A stretch of 64,000 nucleotides of DNA, taken from the NCBI RefSeq assembly GCF_000142905.1, contig NW_013657624.1:174996-238995 (forward strand). Direction: 5' to 3'. A program made the translations under genes and the position numbers. Position 1 is the stretch's first letter; each line of letters opens with the position of its first letter. The stretch is from Thecamonas trahens ATCC 50062 (lineage: Eukaryota > Protista > Apusomonadida). A model generated the notes under the pieces. The model saw nothing but the letters and a program-made list of their open reading frames with translations, was not told the DNA's origin and ran no database searches. Below are positions 43,801 through 54,735 of the stretch, piece after piece.

Positions 43801-46505
43801 AACTTGTCCTGCAAGCTCTGGAGGAAGCCGATGGTCTCGAGGAGCTGGTCCTGGGCAGCGGTGCGGGCGGCAGCGGCGTCGCCGGTCCGTGTCAGCGGCA
43901 TGTCCCGGTCCATGGCGGCAAACGCGGTGGTGGCAACGTAGGCGGCGGCGGCGAGGACGTCAGTCTCGGCCGATGGCGCACCGGCGAGCGCTTGTGTTGC
44001 CTTGGTCTGCGGGAGGCCGTGCGAGGTGAAGAGACTCACCAGGTTGCCCATCTGGGCGCGAAGCCTCTCGAGGAGGAGCATGAGCTCACCGTAGAGGGGA
44101 ACAGCGCTCGCTTTGGTCCCGAGGCAGGCGAGGACAGCATCGAGGAGCGGCGAGCGGAGATCGGGGGTGTTCGGGGCCCAGCGGGCCAGGATCAGAGCAC
44201 CGGCCTGGCGCTCAACCGAGAGCTGCGAGGCAAGAAGCGACGAGAGGAGCGAGACAAACGGATTGGCCTCGGTTGGAAGCGCGGCGGCGTACGCGGCGGC
44301 AAGGAGGCCGAGCGCAGCCGACCCGTTTAGCCGCATCCGCACGCCGGCAGTCCGCGACGAGATGCCGTAGACTGAGGAGAGCGCCGGATCGGCAGCGAGG
44401 CCGGAGGCCGGCTGTGTAGAGGGCGGCGCTGGCGCGGGAGCATTGCTCGACGAGGCCACCTCCATGGGCTGCGGCTTGGCACCCTCGCGAGTCGCCTTGG
44501 CAGTCGACCGAAGGCGGGCCGAGTGCTGCGGGATAAGGAGGAGCGAGGCGTCGAGCTGGGTGCCCGACGGCGTGACAAGCAGCTTTGTCCACGCCAGCAG
44601 GTGCGGCGAGGTGACCGAGACGATAAAGGCGGCCGAGTCGTCGAGGGCGAGGAGAGCGGACCACAGTTTGCGCGAGGCGGCGACGAGCGACGGCTTTGTC
44701 TCGAGAAGCATGTTCTGGAAGAGGAGGCGGAAGAGCGGACCCATGCAGGTCTCTGCGGAGAGCCATGCGCCGGACGAGCGAGAGAGGAGGGTGGAGAGGG
44801 TGGTGAGGGTGGCGGTGCGGACGGCGGCGTCGTTGTGGCGGAGAAAGGGGAAGAGGCGCGGGATGAGGTGCGCGAGGCGGGCCGGCGGCGCGCCATGGAG
44901 CATGTGGCTCGACTCGGCCGAGCCGGCGGCGGCAATGTCCGCGGCCGCGGCTGCGGCCGGATCGGCGGTCTCGTCGTAGTTGTACAGCTTAAAGTCCGAG
45001 TCAGGCGGGGCAGCGGCGTAGGTGGCAGCGAGGAGCTCGAGCGAGGCCGCGGTGGAGACGGTGAGGTCGTCGAGGTAGAGAAGGGCGTCCCAGAGGACGG
45101 AGAGGAGAGGGCCGACGAGGCGCGGGAAGGCGTCGACGATGTGGGAGGCGAGCGGGGCGAGGGTCTGCGCCGCGACAGCGCGGACGTCGTCTTCGCCATC
45201 GGAGAGATGGCGCATGACCGGGCGGAGGATGAGCGGAAGCCAGGCGGCGACGAGGTCCATGCGAACGAGGACGACGTACTTGATGCCGAGGAGGCCGCCG
45301 TGGCGGACTTGCCAGTGCGGATGGTCGAGGAGGGCGAGGAGGGCCGAGACAAAGCGCGGGACGTTGTCGTCGACCATGTGGGCGACAAGAGCACCCATGG
45401 TCTGAGCCACGGTCTCACGGACGGGAGCGACGACGAGGCCAGAGACGTAGTCGCCGAAACGGTCGAGGAGGAGGACGCAGAAGAGGCGGAGAGCGGTGTC
45501 TTCGACCCATGCGGCATGGAGGGCTGCGTTTGCAGCCGGGCTCACGCCGTTGTGCATGCCCGCCGTAGCGGCATGGTGCTTGAGGATGTCGCGGAGGGCG
45601 GCGGCGGCGCCATGGCGCGTCTCCCAGCGGTCGTTGAAGATGTCGTAGAGGAGCTCGTCGGTGAGCGGCTCAAACGGCCACTCGGGCGTGGCGTATTGTT
45701 CCCACTCTGTGGCGGCCGGGTCGTCGTCATCAACAGCCTCGACCACGATCTTGTTGCCTGCTACAGCGCGTTTGCGGGCGAGCTTCTTGGTCTTTTTTGT
45801 CGGCGGAGCCATGACCGACGAGACGGCGCCGGTCTCGCGGGCGCGCTTGCGGCGGGCGTCGCGCTTGAGCTGGTTCCGCTCGCGGGCCGAGAGCCCATCG
45901 AGGTCGGCGATGACCTCTTCGGCGGCCGGGGCGGAGCTGGCCGAGGAGCCCGCCGGCTGCGTCGTCGCCTTCATCTCCAGATCGTCGTCGGCAATCATGT
46001 CTGCGAACATGTCGCCGCCGATGGTGCTATCGCCGAGGCCGAGACGCATGTTGAGCGCCTCCCGGGCGGCAGCGAGCCGGGTGGCGCGATTGGCAGAGAG
46101 CGAGCGGGGGTCGAGGTCGTACTCTTGCCCGGCCGAGCCGGCAAGCGGGCGGGCGTTGGCGAGGACGGCGTCAATATCAAACGAGTCAAAGGAGAGCAGG
46201 CGCGAGTCGGCGGAAGGGCGATCTTCGACCGACGACGAGGAAGCGCCGGCAGCCGACGGCGGAATGATGACCGGGTTCCACGGCGGAGTAGCCTCAGCCA
46301 GGGCACCCATGGCAGCACCAGCTGCCGTCCGTGTCTCCCACTCTGGCGATGTGAGGAGCGGTCTCACCTTTGCCACTAGAGGGAACAGATGAGAGGCATT
46401 GGCTTTGACCAGAGAGCCCAATTGGGACGCTGCCGCCTTTCGTGTTGCCGTAGACGAGCCTGTGGTGAGAAGGGTGAGCAGTCGGTCGAGATGGGTCTCT
46501 GCCAT
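40818..46505 (-). CDS. BTAF1: TBP-associated SNF2 ATPase MOT1/BTAF1
   Basis: LDRLLTLLTTGSS...RKAAASQLG, HEAT repeats, LDRFGDYVSGLVVAPVRET, LCDDMGLGKT, DEGH, WNPMKDLQAMDRAHRLGQ. Confidence 0.97.
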   Translation of the reverse strand: MAETHLDRLLTLLTTGSSTATRKAAASQLGSLVKANASHLFPLVAKVRPLLTSPEWETRTAAGAAMGALAEATPPWNPVIIPPSAAGASSSSVEDRPSADSRLLSFDSFDIDAVLANARPLAGSAGQEYDLDPRSLSANRATRLAAAREALNMRLGLGDSTIGGDMFADMIADDDLEMKATTQPAGSSASSAPAAEEVIADLDGLSARERNQLKRDARRKRARETGAVSSVMAPPTKKTKKLARKRAVAGNKIVVEAVDDDDPAATEWEQYATPEWPFEPLTDELLYDIFNDRWETRHGAAAALRDILKHHAATAGMHNGVSPAANAALHAAWVEDTALRLFCVLLLDRFGDYVSGLVVAPVRETVAQTMGALVAHMVDDNVPRFVSALLALLDHPHWQVRHGGLLGIKYVVLVRMDLVAAWLPLILRPVMRHLSDGEDDVRAVAAQTLAPLASHIVDAFPRLVGPLLSVLWDALLYLDDLTVSTAASLELLAATYAAAPPDSDFKLYNYDETADPAAAAAADIAAAGSAESSHMLHGAPPARLAHLIPRLFPFLRHNDAAVRTATLTTLSTLLSRSSGAWLSAETCMGPLFRLLFQNMLLETKPSLVAASRKLWSALLALDDSAAFIVSVTSPHLLAWTKLLVTPSGTQLDASLLLIPQHSARLRSTAKATREGAKPQPMEVASSSNAPAPAPPSTQPASGLAADPALSSVYGISSRTAGVRMRLNGSAALGLLAAAYAAALPTEANPFVSLLSSLLASQLSVERQAGALILARWAPNTPDLRSPLLDAVLACLGTKASAVPLYGELMLLLERLRAQMGNLVSLFTSHGLPQTKATQALAGAPSAETDVLAAAAYVATTAFAAMDRDMPLTRTGDAAAARTAAQDQLLETIGFLQSLQDKFHLCVQATAAGAAVALAHFPPKLNPLVKALVAAVKKLDVPLLQADAAAHLVALVEAVLPRLPKGPANKICGSMLNALVGDPATVAAADWPEALAGTDREPALLPANLAELNPPKLIGADADRAARAAIGAAAFFHALADSLGASLFSLLPHLETKILAAGLASPATEPQAAVRALALLATLAPKLAVSPEVEAKVASLLPGVFACLVVANAAVRHGASRALAALAGSFTLTVMQTVISSVLPLLDDGTSPLRRLGAAAAVDALVDALGDDVLPYLVFIIVPVLGRMSDPVAAVRTAMANTFGSLIKLMPLEAGAPSPAGMSAELVAQRSAKRSFLDQLLDPTKLEPYELPFTLKGGITLRSYQQDGLNWLAFLRKYALHGVLCDDMGLGKTLQTIAIVAASAVEAAAAPHATPASLGLPTLVVAPTTLVEHWAMEMTKFVPDGILCPIAFRGPPKKRLEALRGWVTGVDAYAAWIKAVRKAGKSAKGAKGGKGEPAVGALPPPPPPPLAWAPREQRPSQALPVVVCSYEVMRNDVELLSQLPFGYCVLDEGHVIKNPKSLVAQAVKRVPASHRLILSGTPIQNNVLELWSLFDFLMPGFLWSEGRFQAVYGKPIVASRDAKCSEAEQEAGALALEALHRQVLPFLMRRLKEEVLDDLPPKIIQDVYCTLSPLQRELYAAVDEVGLGGKGASSKVHIFRTLQYLRKVINHPTLALTPSHGMYAEVMGRYAQPDKALHTLAQAPKLKVLAELLEQCGITGAPETRTGGGGHRVLIFAQSKALLDLIESDVFESVLPGVTYMRLDGSVASSKRQAVVNKFNSDPTIDVLLLTTSVGGLGLNLTGADTVVFMDHDWNPMKDLQAMDRAHRLGQKRVVNVYRLIAKGTLEDKIMGLQQFKLNVANTVVSSENSSMLTMSTDRLIDLFELGDDAESGAAAGSAAPESAAAAAAAESAAGSSGQGGKLGAILNSLGELWDDGEYQDQFDLGAFLESMPTKE

Positions 46506-46818
46506 GGCTTGTTGTCCACGATGTTGATGGTTGTGGTTGTGATTGTGGTGGTTGTGGTGGTTGTCGTCAACTCTGTGTCACTCGGGTGGGTGGCTGTGGT
46601 GGCTATGGTTGTACTTGTGCACACAGTGGTGGTGTGTACAGTTGTTGTTGTTGTGGTGCGTATGGTAGTTGTGGTGGTGTGTATGGTTGTGGTGGTGTGT
46701 GTGTGGTGGTGACGGTGGCTGTGGCTGTGGTGGTGGCTGTGGTGGTGGTGGTGTCAGTATCCGTCCGAGTTGGTCTCCTTACTCTGTGACATGGTCGCTC
46801 GCCTCTACTTGGCCTGCG

Positions 46819-46829
46819 TAGCCAATGAG
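46819..46829 (+). promoter_or_regulatory. CCAAT box in the MOT1/XRN2 bidirectional promoter
   Basis: TAGCCAATGAG about 60 nt upstream of the XRN2 ATG, within a 384-nt divergent gap. Confidence 0.4.
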
Positions 46830-46889
46830 CTGACATGACGGACATCGAATCTGACACTCTCGACTCTTGAACGTAGTTGTTGGAGAACA

Positions 46890-49800
46890 ATGGGAGGTAA
46901 GTATATGCCTGCTCCTGTGCTTGATGTGGTGCCTGTTATGGCTGTGGTGGCCATGAGCGTGGTTGTGGTAAAGGGGCGGGGAGAGGGGGGGAGTGCAAGA
47001 GGATGGATGACATGCGGGTTGGGCTGGTGCCCGAGCTCGACTGGAGCGAGCAAGTCGGACAAGCCGGGCGGGATGGGCAAGCTGTGATATGATGTGATAT
47101 GGTGTGGTGTGATGTGGTGCGTCTTGTACTCATGGTGATGGTGATGATGACGATTATGACGATGGTGACCATGATGATGACCTTGATGATGACGATGTTG
47201 ATGACGATGTTGACGATGATGATGACATCCGTCCCGTGACAGTGCCTGCTCTGTTCAGATACCTCTCCAAGAGGTACCCACGGATTGTGGTGGATGTCAA
47301 GGAGGATGTGCCGGATGAGGGCAAGGATGAGGTGGATACGTCCAAGGCCAACCCAAACGGAATGGAGTTTGACTGTCTTTACCTCGACATGAACGGCATC
47401 ATCCATCCGGCGTCGCACCCCGAGGACAAGCCGGCGCCGTCAACCGAGGACGACATGTATCTGGCCATCTTCGAGTACATCGACAAGGTCTTTGCCTGTG
47501 TCCGGCCACGGAAGATTCTGTACATGGCCATCGATGGCGTTGCGCCACGGGCCAAGATGAACCAGCAGCGCGCGCGCCGGTTCCGCGCGGCACAGGAGCG
47601 CGAGATGCGGGCTGCGGCCGAGGTCCAACTCCGCGAGGAGTGGCTGCGGCTCGGGCGCGAGGTGCCGGAGGAGACCGAAGGCGGCTTTGACTCGAACGTC
47701 ATCACCCCGGGCACGCCGTTCATGGCGAAGCTCTCCGTCTACCTCCGTTGGTACATCTCGCTCAAGCTCTCGACCGACCCGGGCTGGGCTGGCATTGAGG
47801 TCATTCTCTCGGACGCGCAAGTGCCTGGCGAGGGTGAGCACAAGATCATGGAGTTTATCCGGGTCCAGCGGGCGCTACCCGGGTACGACGCCAACCAGCG
47901 TCACGTCATTCACGGCCTCGACGCCGACCTCATCATGCTCGCACTCGCCACCCACGAGCCCCACTTTTACATCCTCCGCGAGCGCATCATCTTTGGCCCG
48001 CCACTCATCTGCAAGGTGTGCGGCCAGCCTGGGCACGCCGAAGACAAGTGTAAGTTTGCGTCGGCCGAGGCCAAGGCCGCGCTGGCCGGCGAGCGCAAGG
48101 AGACGAGCGCAGCAACGCCGTTCCAGTTCCTCCGCATCCCGGTCCTCCGCGAGTACCTCGCCAAAGAGTTTGAGGGCCCCCACTACTCGGTTGCCGGAGG
48201 CATGGACCTTGAGCGCATCATCGACGACTATGTGTTTCTCTGCTTTCTCGTGGGTAACGACTTTCTCCCGCACCTCCCCTCGCTCGACATTCGCGAGGGC
48301 GCCATTGACCGACTCATGGAGCTGTACAAGTCGCTCTTCCCCACCATGGGTGGGTACATTACCGAGAACGGGCGTCTGATCTGGCCGCGGGCGCAGGCGG
48401 TGCTCGCGGCGCTCGCAGTCGACGAAGAGTCGATCTTTGTCGAACGGGCGGCCGATGCAGCCAAGCGCGACGCTCGCGACGAGCAGCGGACGGCTGAGAT
48501 TGCGTCGCGGGCGGCTGAGCGCGAGCACTGGAACCTCGTGCGCCGGTACGCCACTCACGTTCCGCGTGCGCCCAGCGATGTCAAGGCCATCGAGGACGCG
48601 CTGGCGGCCGGCAAGACGTCGTCGGCAACGGCGCGGCAGGCGATGGCGGGCGGCGGTGCCCGCGAGGCGTCGCAGTACTCGGCCGAGGATCTCGCGGCGA
48701 TGCTGACGCTGTCGGCATCGGAGCCACGGCGCGAGCTAGCGGCGCGGACGCCGATCCGCGACGCCGACCTCCTCGCCCTCTACGACGGCATCCGGCAGGT
48801 CGCCTCGGGCCCGCCGGGCTCGGTCAAGGTATTCTCAGAGCTATCGGGCTTTTACCGCGCCAAGGGCCACGCGTACGCAGAGACGCTCGGCCTCGAGCAC
48901 GACACGCTTGGCGGGCACCCGCACCAGGCGCTGCGCGTGACCAAGACTGGCAGCAAGCCTATCGACGACGCCACAGCCTTTGCTGCCGACCTCAAGAGCG
49001 CGGTCAAGAGCGCGGCAACCGTCTCTGACGCCGACGCCGAGAACAAGACGCGTCTCGGTGACTTTGGATGGCGCGAGCGGTACTACGAGCTCAAGTTTGG
49101 CAGCGCCGGAACCGATGTGAGTGTGGTGGCACACGCGTACGTGGAGGGCCTCGCCTGGGTCCTGCAGTACTACTACTCGGGCGTGCCGTCGTGGAACTGG
49201 TACTACCCTTATCACTATGCGCCGTTTGCGACCGATCTCGCGTCACTCGAGACGTTTGAGGCCAAGTTTGAGCTCGGCAAGCCATTCAAGCCGTTCCAGC
49301 AGCTGATGGCAGTCTTCCCAGCTGCATCCGGACACGCCATTCCGGCGCCGTTCCGCGCGCTCATGACTGCTGACGACTCGCCGATCCGCGACTTTTACCC
49401 GCTCGACTTTGGCCTCGACATGGAGGGCAAGCGCTACGCATGGCAGGCCGTAGTCCTCCTCCCGTTCATCGATGAAGCACGGCTGCTGGCGGCGCTCGAG
49501 CCGCTGGAGGCCGAGCTCACGCCCGAGGAGCGAGCTCGCTCGCTGCCGGGCCTCACGTACTACGCGGTCCGGGCTGACGCTTCGGTGGCCCAGACGCTCG
49601 AGCTCTCAGAGTTTGCCGCGAGTGCCGATGCTGCCGCGCCTCAAGCCAACAGCGGGAAGCAAAAGCCTGGATGGGCGCTAGCACTCGTCGCGGCGGGCTG
49701 TAAGGAGTGGCCTGGCGCCATGGCTGGCTTTGTCTGGCCGTGCGGCGCAACCCGCCGGCCGGCCTCTATTTATCCTGCCGAGCCGTTCAGCGGGCGCGAC

Positions 49801-49962
49801 CCGTCAAAGTACTCGATGATCCCGTTCGACAACAATGCACTGATCCTCGCGTACGGCCTCCCGCCCAAGCGGGCCCACCGACCGTTTCTCATCCCGGGCG
49901 CCCAGCGGCCCAAGCCGATCCTGCGCGCACACGACCGCCCGGTCCGCGGGCGCGGACGCGGA

Positions 49963-49997
<35 letters not shown>

Positions 49998-50613
49998 ACG
50001 CGGGCGTGGACGTGGGCGTGACTACTCGCGCGGCTATCAGCAGCCCGGGCGCGGGGGCTACTCGCGGGTGCCGCAACGCGACCAGCCGCGTGGCTTCCAG
50101 GCTGCGCCAAGCCTCATGCCACACGTCCACGGCCATCTGCCTGCGCGCCGGATCATGCCGACCGCGCACTGGACACCAAACCCATTCCCGCACCCGGGCC
50201 CTGCTCCGTGGGCGGGCGGCGGCGCAAGCGGCGGCGCGGCCAGCAGTCACAACGGCAGCAACGTGTCGCGGCCGCCCCTCCCTGCTGCGCCGCAGGAATG
50301 GGTCCCGCCGCGGGCACCGGGCGCGCCACCGGCGCCGCAGCGGCCTGGCGGCCCCGCTTCGTTTGGCGGGATGTACGCGCCGCCGCCGGCATCGTCTGCG
50401 CCAGCACCGCCGTCGCGCAAGCGGCATTGGCGTCCGCAGTCGGGTGACACATCAGCTGGGCGCGGAGGGCAGAACAGCGGCGGGCGCGGCGGTCGGCGCG
50501 GCGGCGGACGCGGTGGTGGGCGCGGTGGAAACCGGTCGGCAGCGGCATCGATCCGCGAAATGCTGCGCAAGAAGCGCAAGGGTCTCGATGGCGACTTTAT
50601 TGTCCCACAGTAG
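46890..50613 (+). CDS. XRN2: 5'-3' exoribonuclease XRN2/Rat1; join(46890..46896,47243..50613)
   Basis: A 7-nt first exon ATGGGAG|GTAAGT gives MGVPALFRYL. LYLDMNGIIH, GVAPRAKMNQQR, PGEGEHKI, CCHC knuckle, GNDFLPHLP, RG-rich tail. Confidence 0.95.
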
Positions 50614-52137
50614 CTCGTGTTTCAAGCGTTTACGCCCAGTCTCTGCCTCTGCGCTCGGGCACATGTCTGTGAGCCGTGGATGCGGGGGATTGTTGTCGAC
50701 TATGCAGCACAGCGATTGGCAATTTCATAGCCAGCAACCTTCATGAAGACTCGCCGGCAGGGACTGCCCTGCGGAGCCGCAGCAAGAGTTGATAATGCCG
50801 TTTGCGGGCCGTTTGCGTGGCTCGCAGTGATGCTTGTCGGGTAGCCGTGCCTCTAAGGCGCTGCGGCTGGTGGCGACTAATGTGTCGGTGACAGGCAGCG
50901 CCACACGTGTGTGCGTCGGATGCTCGCGTTTCCACTACGTTTGACATGGCTGGACAAACGTCACGCGGTGCATTGGTAGCTCAGCGAAGCTGGCTGATGC
51001 CGGAGGGAGTGTCGCTGTAAAGGCTAGATGCTTGCGGATGGGGCGAGAAGCTGTTGTACGGTTGTTGGGGCGCTTTCTGTCGGCAGTGCAGGCGTACGGG
51101 GAGATGCGGGATGTTTCATGGCTGGTTCAGGTGGTTATTTGCCGGAGTGAGTGTCTGCGCGGGTTGTTGCCAATCACTTCTAATTGGAGGTACCTCGGTG
51201 GATTTTTCGCCGACCTTGACCAGACGAAACAGAAATCCCGCATTGTGCGACACCCCACTCTGCCGACTCGTGAGGCCCCTTCTGGAGCTAGCAGGTATTT
51301 TTCTGTCCCTCCAAGGTCACCAACAGGTATGTTGATACGTATGGTAGTTGGCGCGCGTTATGGTGTTCGTATGGTAAATACTTAGTCCTATGTAGCTCCC
51401 CCTCCCCCCTAGGGAACACCGTTGGGTTGGGCCGACTTTTGGTCAGCGGTCAAAAAATGCCCGCATCAGTCGTTCGTCTGGTCTCCGTTGCCAGCCTCAT
51501 CCCCTGAAAAATGTTCCATGAAAAAACGGCAAAGGTTGATCGAGATCTATCCAGCTTGCCACCACTCGACTTCATTCAGTGCATCGTACGGTATGTGAGT
51601 TGGCCAGCCAACGCATCCGCAATTGGGCAATGTGCGGCCATGCCATGCCTACCATGGTGAATGATGTGTGTGTGGGGAGGAAGGGGGGGTTCTTTGGGAT
51701 GCCTTCGGCATGGTGTGTCGGTTCCGGCCCCCTTTGTCATCCCCGTGGGCGTGTGTATGTGGCAGCTGACGAGGTCCGCGACTTGGCTTCGCTGTCACTA
51801 CGTAGACTCTGGTCAACCGAAGCTTTTTTCGCTCGGCTTCGTGAAGGCTGGTGCTTTGAGGCAATTTGCACGTACGTTTGGCATGGTTGGCATCATCCCA
51901 CGCGAGCGTTTGTTTTTTGTTATTGAGTTGACCAGGTGCGGAGAAGGGGCGGGGGGCAGTGGTCGACGACCCACAGAACGTTGCCCACCTCCTATCCTCT
52001 TGCCCCCCTTACACCTCACTTACATCCCCATCCTCCACAAGTATAGCATCTTGACAACATCCCCGGCGTCTTGCTTCCCTGGAATTGACCCAGTCGTTAC
52101 CTAGTTTCAACCAATCCAAGCCGATACCTCTGCTGAC

Positions 52138-54729
52138 ATGCCGAATCGCAAGCGTGTCTCGCAGGCGTGCGATTTTTGCAGAACAAACAAGCGTCGCTGC
52201 TCCGGCTGGCCGCCATGCACGCAATGCGTCCGCCGCAAGCGCGAGTGCACCTTTGAGATGGACCGCATCCGGCGGCCGGCAGTGAAGCCCGGCTCGGTGC
52301 CCATCGAAGAGGTCGACCGTATTGCCACCGAGCGCCGGAATGCGGCCAAGGAGGCCAAACGCCGTAAGTCATCTGCCTCAAAGAACAGTTCGGGCTGCCC
52401 GAAGCCGTCGACCGGGTCAGGCTCGGGATCAGCGCCGACGACTGCGAGTGGCGCGACTGTCCCGCAGGCGAGTGAGATGCCAACGCCGGTCATGGCCGCT
52501 ACCTCCGGGTTCGTCGGTGGCTACTCGCCCGGCAGTTTTTCGTCGTCTGCGGCGTCATCGGTGCAGCCGATGCCTGGGCTGTACGCCGGCGCACCGCTAG
52601 CTGGGGCTCCACCGGTGACCTACTCGCGGGTGATGGCGACGGAGATTCCGACGGTGCCGTCGCCGCTGGTGGCGGACCCGCCACTGGCCGGCCGGGTGGC
52701 TAACCGGGTCGGCGGCCTCCAGCTCGACTTGCTTAATGTGGTGGCCAACGGTCTTCCGCCGGGCCTCGACACCTGGTCGCCGCTTCCGAACCTCCTCACG
52801 CTCTCAAACATGACCGAGACTGAGCTCTTTGGGCCGGCCGAGGTGCCTGCGGCCGGCGCCGAGGCCGGCGACGCCTCTGCGGCGAACAGCAAGCGGCGGC
52901 GCGACGATGACGGCGAAGGCCACCTCGGCGCAACCGATGCGTCGCGGCCGCGCAAGATGGCGCGGCCGCTGCAGGCGCCGTCTGGCTCTGTCTCGCCGTC
53001 GCCAATCGGCATGGTGAAGCTTCCGCCCGGCCCGCCGCTCCCGGCGATTTTCCAGACGACCGAGTCGAAGCAGGTGCTTGCGCTCCTCGTGGAGACGTAC
53101 TTTACGTACATCAATGCGATTCCCGGCCTTGTGGTGCGGCGGAGCGAGTTTGAGGCGCTTGCGGCCGGTGGCACGCCCCCGAAGCTCAGCATTGCCGTCC
53201 ACGTCCAGTTCTACGTGGCGATGGCGCTTGCGGCGTCGGGACTCAAGCACGCGGTGATGGCGGCGCAGCTGATGCAGCGCGCGTCTGAGCTTGTGCCGCA
53301 GCTCGCGGGTGCGCGCGATGTCGACACGGCCGTCGCCCACACGCTGCTCTTCCTCTCGTACATGGGGGTGAACAACGAGCTGGCGGGCACGTTCCTCTCG
53401 GCAGCGCACACGGTGGTGAGCGCGCTTGTCGACCGCAGCTCCGTTGTGGCGGCTTGTGGCGACTCTGTGGAGCTCGACGCGCTCCTGACCAAGTTTTCCA
53501 CAGGCATGGTCCTCTCGTCGGCTCACCAAGAGCAGGCGCGGTTTGTGATGGCCAACCTCTTTGCACTTGTGCACGCGGACACGCTGGCCAAGATCGAGTC
53601 GACTGACGCTGACGCACTGTTTTCGATTGGAGAGGCCAAGCTCCGCGAGCACTGCCCCGAGTCGGCGAGCGTGCGCGGGTACCGGCCGCTCTCACGCGAG
53701 ATCGCCACGCTCCTTCTCTCGGCCATTCCGACGGACAAGCTCTTCTCGATGGTCTCGATGCTCCTCGACTCACCAGGGCTGACCGAGGTCGAGCGCGGGT
53801 ACCTGGCTGTGGTCCGTGCGGCGGTCGACACCTCGGTGATTGTGCTCGACCAGTGGGACCCGGCGTTTTCGTCACTCCCCGAGCTCCGCGCGCTCCTCAG
53901 CTCGTTCACCACGACGCACCCAGTCGGCTCGTCGCCGGCCGAGGTCGAGTCCCGCAAGCGTGCGCTCGCCGACGCGGCGCCGCTCCTGGACCGTATGCTC
54001 GCGCGGCTGATGGCCATCCGTACGCTCTTCCTCCGTGACGTGGCGGCCGGAGTGCCCAACCCCGACCTCGCTTTTGGTCCGCTCACCCTCCTCGTCCTCG
54101 CCACCGTCTCGACGTTCATCGGCTTTCTTCACGGTATTGGTGGCAACCAGGAGAGCATGAACAAGATGTGCCGGTCGGCGGTCGAGTACATCGAGCTCGT
54201 GCCGCCGTTGGGCGCACGGCTGCTGCACTCGACGGCGCTGCCGGCGGTGCCAACGCTTGTCACGCTGGCGTTTGTCTTTTTCCGCGCTGGCGACAGTGCG
54301 GCGCTCGCGCGATCGACAGTGCTCCTCTCGGCACTGGCGCGCTCGTCGCGTGTTGCCGCTGCCGCCCTAGCGCTCATCGAGTCATTGACCGACCCGATTC
54401 AGCAAGTCGCAGCTATGACCGGCACCTCGGCACAACAACTATTGGCGCAGCAGCAGCTCGCGAACGGCATCGGCACCAAGAACGCCCAGCACCAGGCCCG
54501 TAACGCTCTTCTCAACCGCAAGTTTGGCGTCCAGCAGAGTCATCCATCTGGCCGCGTCGACTCGTCGCCGCAGCCGGGCGACGTTGACACGCTCGGCAAC
54601 CCTGGCCTTGGCCTCGGCACGCTCAACGTTCGCACGGCAGACTTTCTCTCGGCCGCCCTCAAGACGCCCAAGACTACACCCGGCACCGACTACAATCCCG
54701 CAGACATGCTCGCTTCCATGGATCTTTAA
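52138..54729 (+). CDS. Zn(II)2Cys6 binuclear-cluster transcription factor
   Basis: ACDFCRTNKRRCSGWPPCTQCVRRKRECTF, plus a middle-homology-like region LVETYFTYIN. Confidence 0.9.
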   Translation: MPNRKRVSQACDFCRTNKRRCSGWPPCTQCVRRKRECTFEMDRIRRPAVKPGSVPIEEVDRIATERRNAAKEAKRRKSSASKNSSGCPKPSTGSGSGSAPTTASGATVPQASEMPTPVMAATSGFVGGYSPGSFSSSAASSVQPMPGLYAGAPLAGAPPVTYSRVMATEIPTVPSPLVADPPLAGRVANRVGGLQLDLLNVVANGLPPGLDTWSPLPNLLTLSNMTETELFGPAEVPAAGAEAGDASAANSKRRRDDDGEGHLGATDASRPRKMARPLQAPSGSVSPSPIGMVKLPPGPPLPAIFQTTESKQVLALLVETYFTYINAIPGLVVRRSEFEALAAGGTPPKLSIAVHVQFYVAMALAASGLKHAVMAAQLMQRASELVPQLAGARDVDTAVAHTLLFLSYMGVNNELAGTFLSAAHTVVSALVDRSSVVAACGDSVELDALLTKFSTGMVLSSAHQEQARFVMANLFALVHADTLAKIESTDADALFSIGEAKLREHCPESASVRGYRPLSREIATLLLSAIPTDKLFSMVSMLLDSPGLTEVERGYLAVVRAAVDTSVIVLDQWDPAFSSLPELRALLSSFTTTHPVGSSPAEVESRKRALADAAPLLDRMLARLMAIRTLFLRDVAAGVPNPDLAFGPLTLLVLATVSTFIGFLHGIGGNQESMNKMCRSAVEYIELVPPLGARLLHSTALPAVPTLVTLAFVFFRAGDSAALARSTVLLSALARSSRVAAAALALIESLTDPIQQVAAMTGTSAQQLLAQQQLANGIGTKNAQHQARNALLNRKFGVQQSHPSGRVDSSPQPGDVDTLGNPGLGLGTLNVRTADFLSAALKTPKTTPGTDYNPADMLASMDL

Positions 54730-54735
54730 TCTATA

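Noticed and set aside
41182-46392. Long antisense ORFs over MOT1, and similar ones over eIF4A, HSF and ABCG
   Set aside because: Expected shadow frames in high-GC3 coding DNA, with no recognisable domains.
46520-47225. (GTGGTT)n and (GATGAC)n tracts around the MOT1/XRN2 promoter and intron; possible telomere-like or C-box signals
   Set aside because: Degenerate trinucleotide-based simple repeats, not a fixed telomeric unit, and no matching D boxes.
51787-51830. GCTTCG...CGAAGC hairpin followed by T6
   Set aside because: Only a 6-bp stem in a probable 5'-UTR intron, with no Pol III A/B boxes or RNA-family features.
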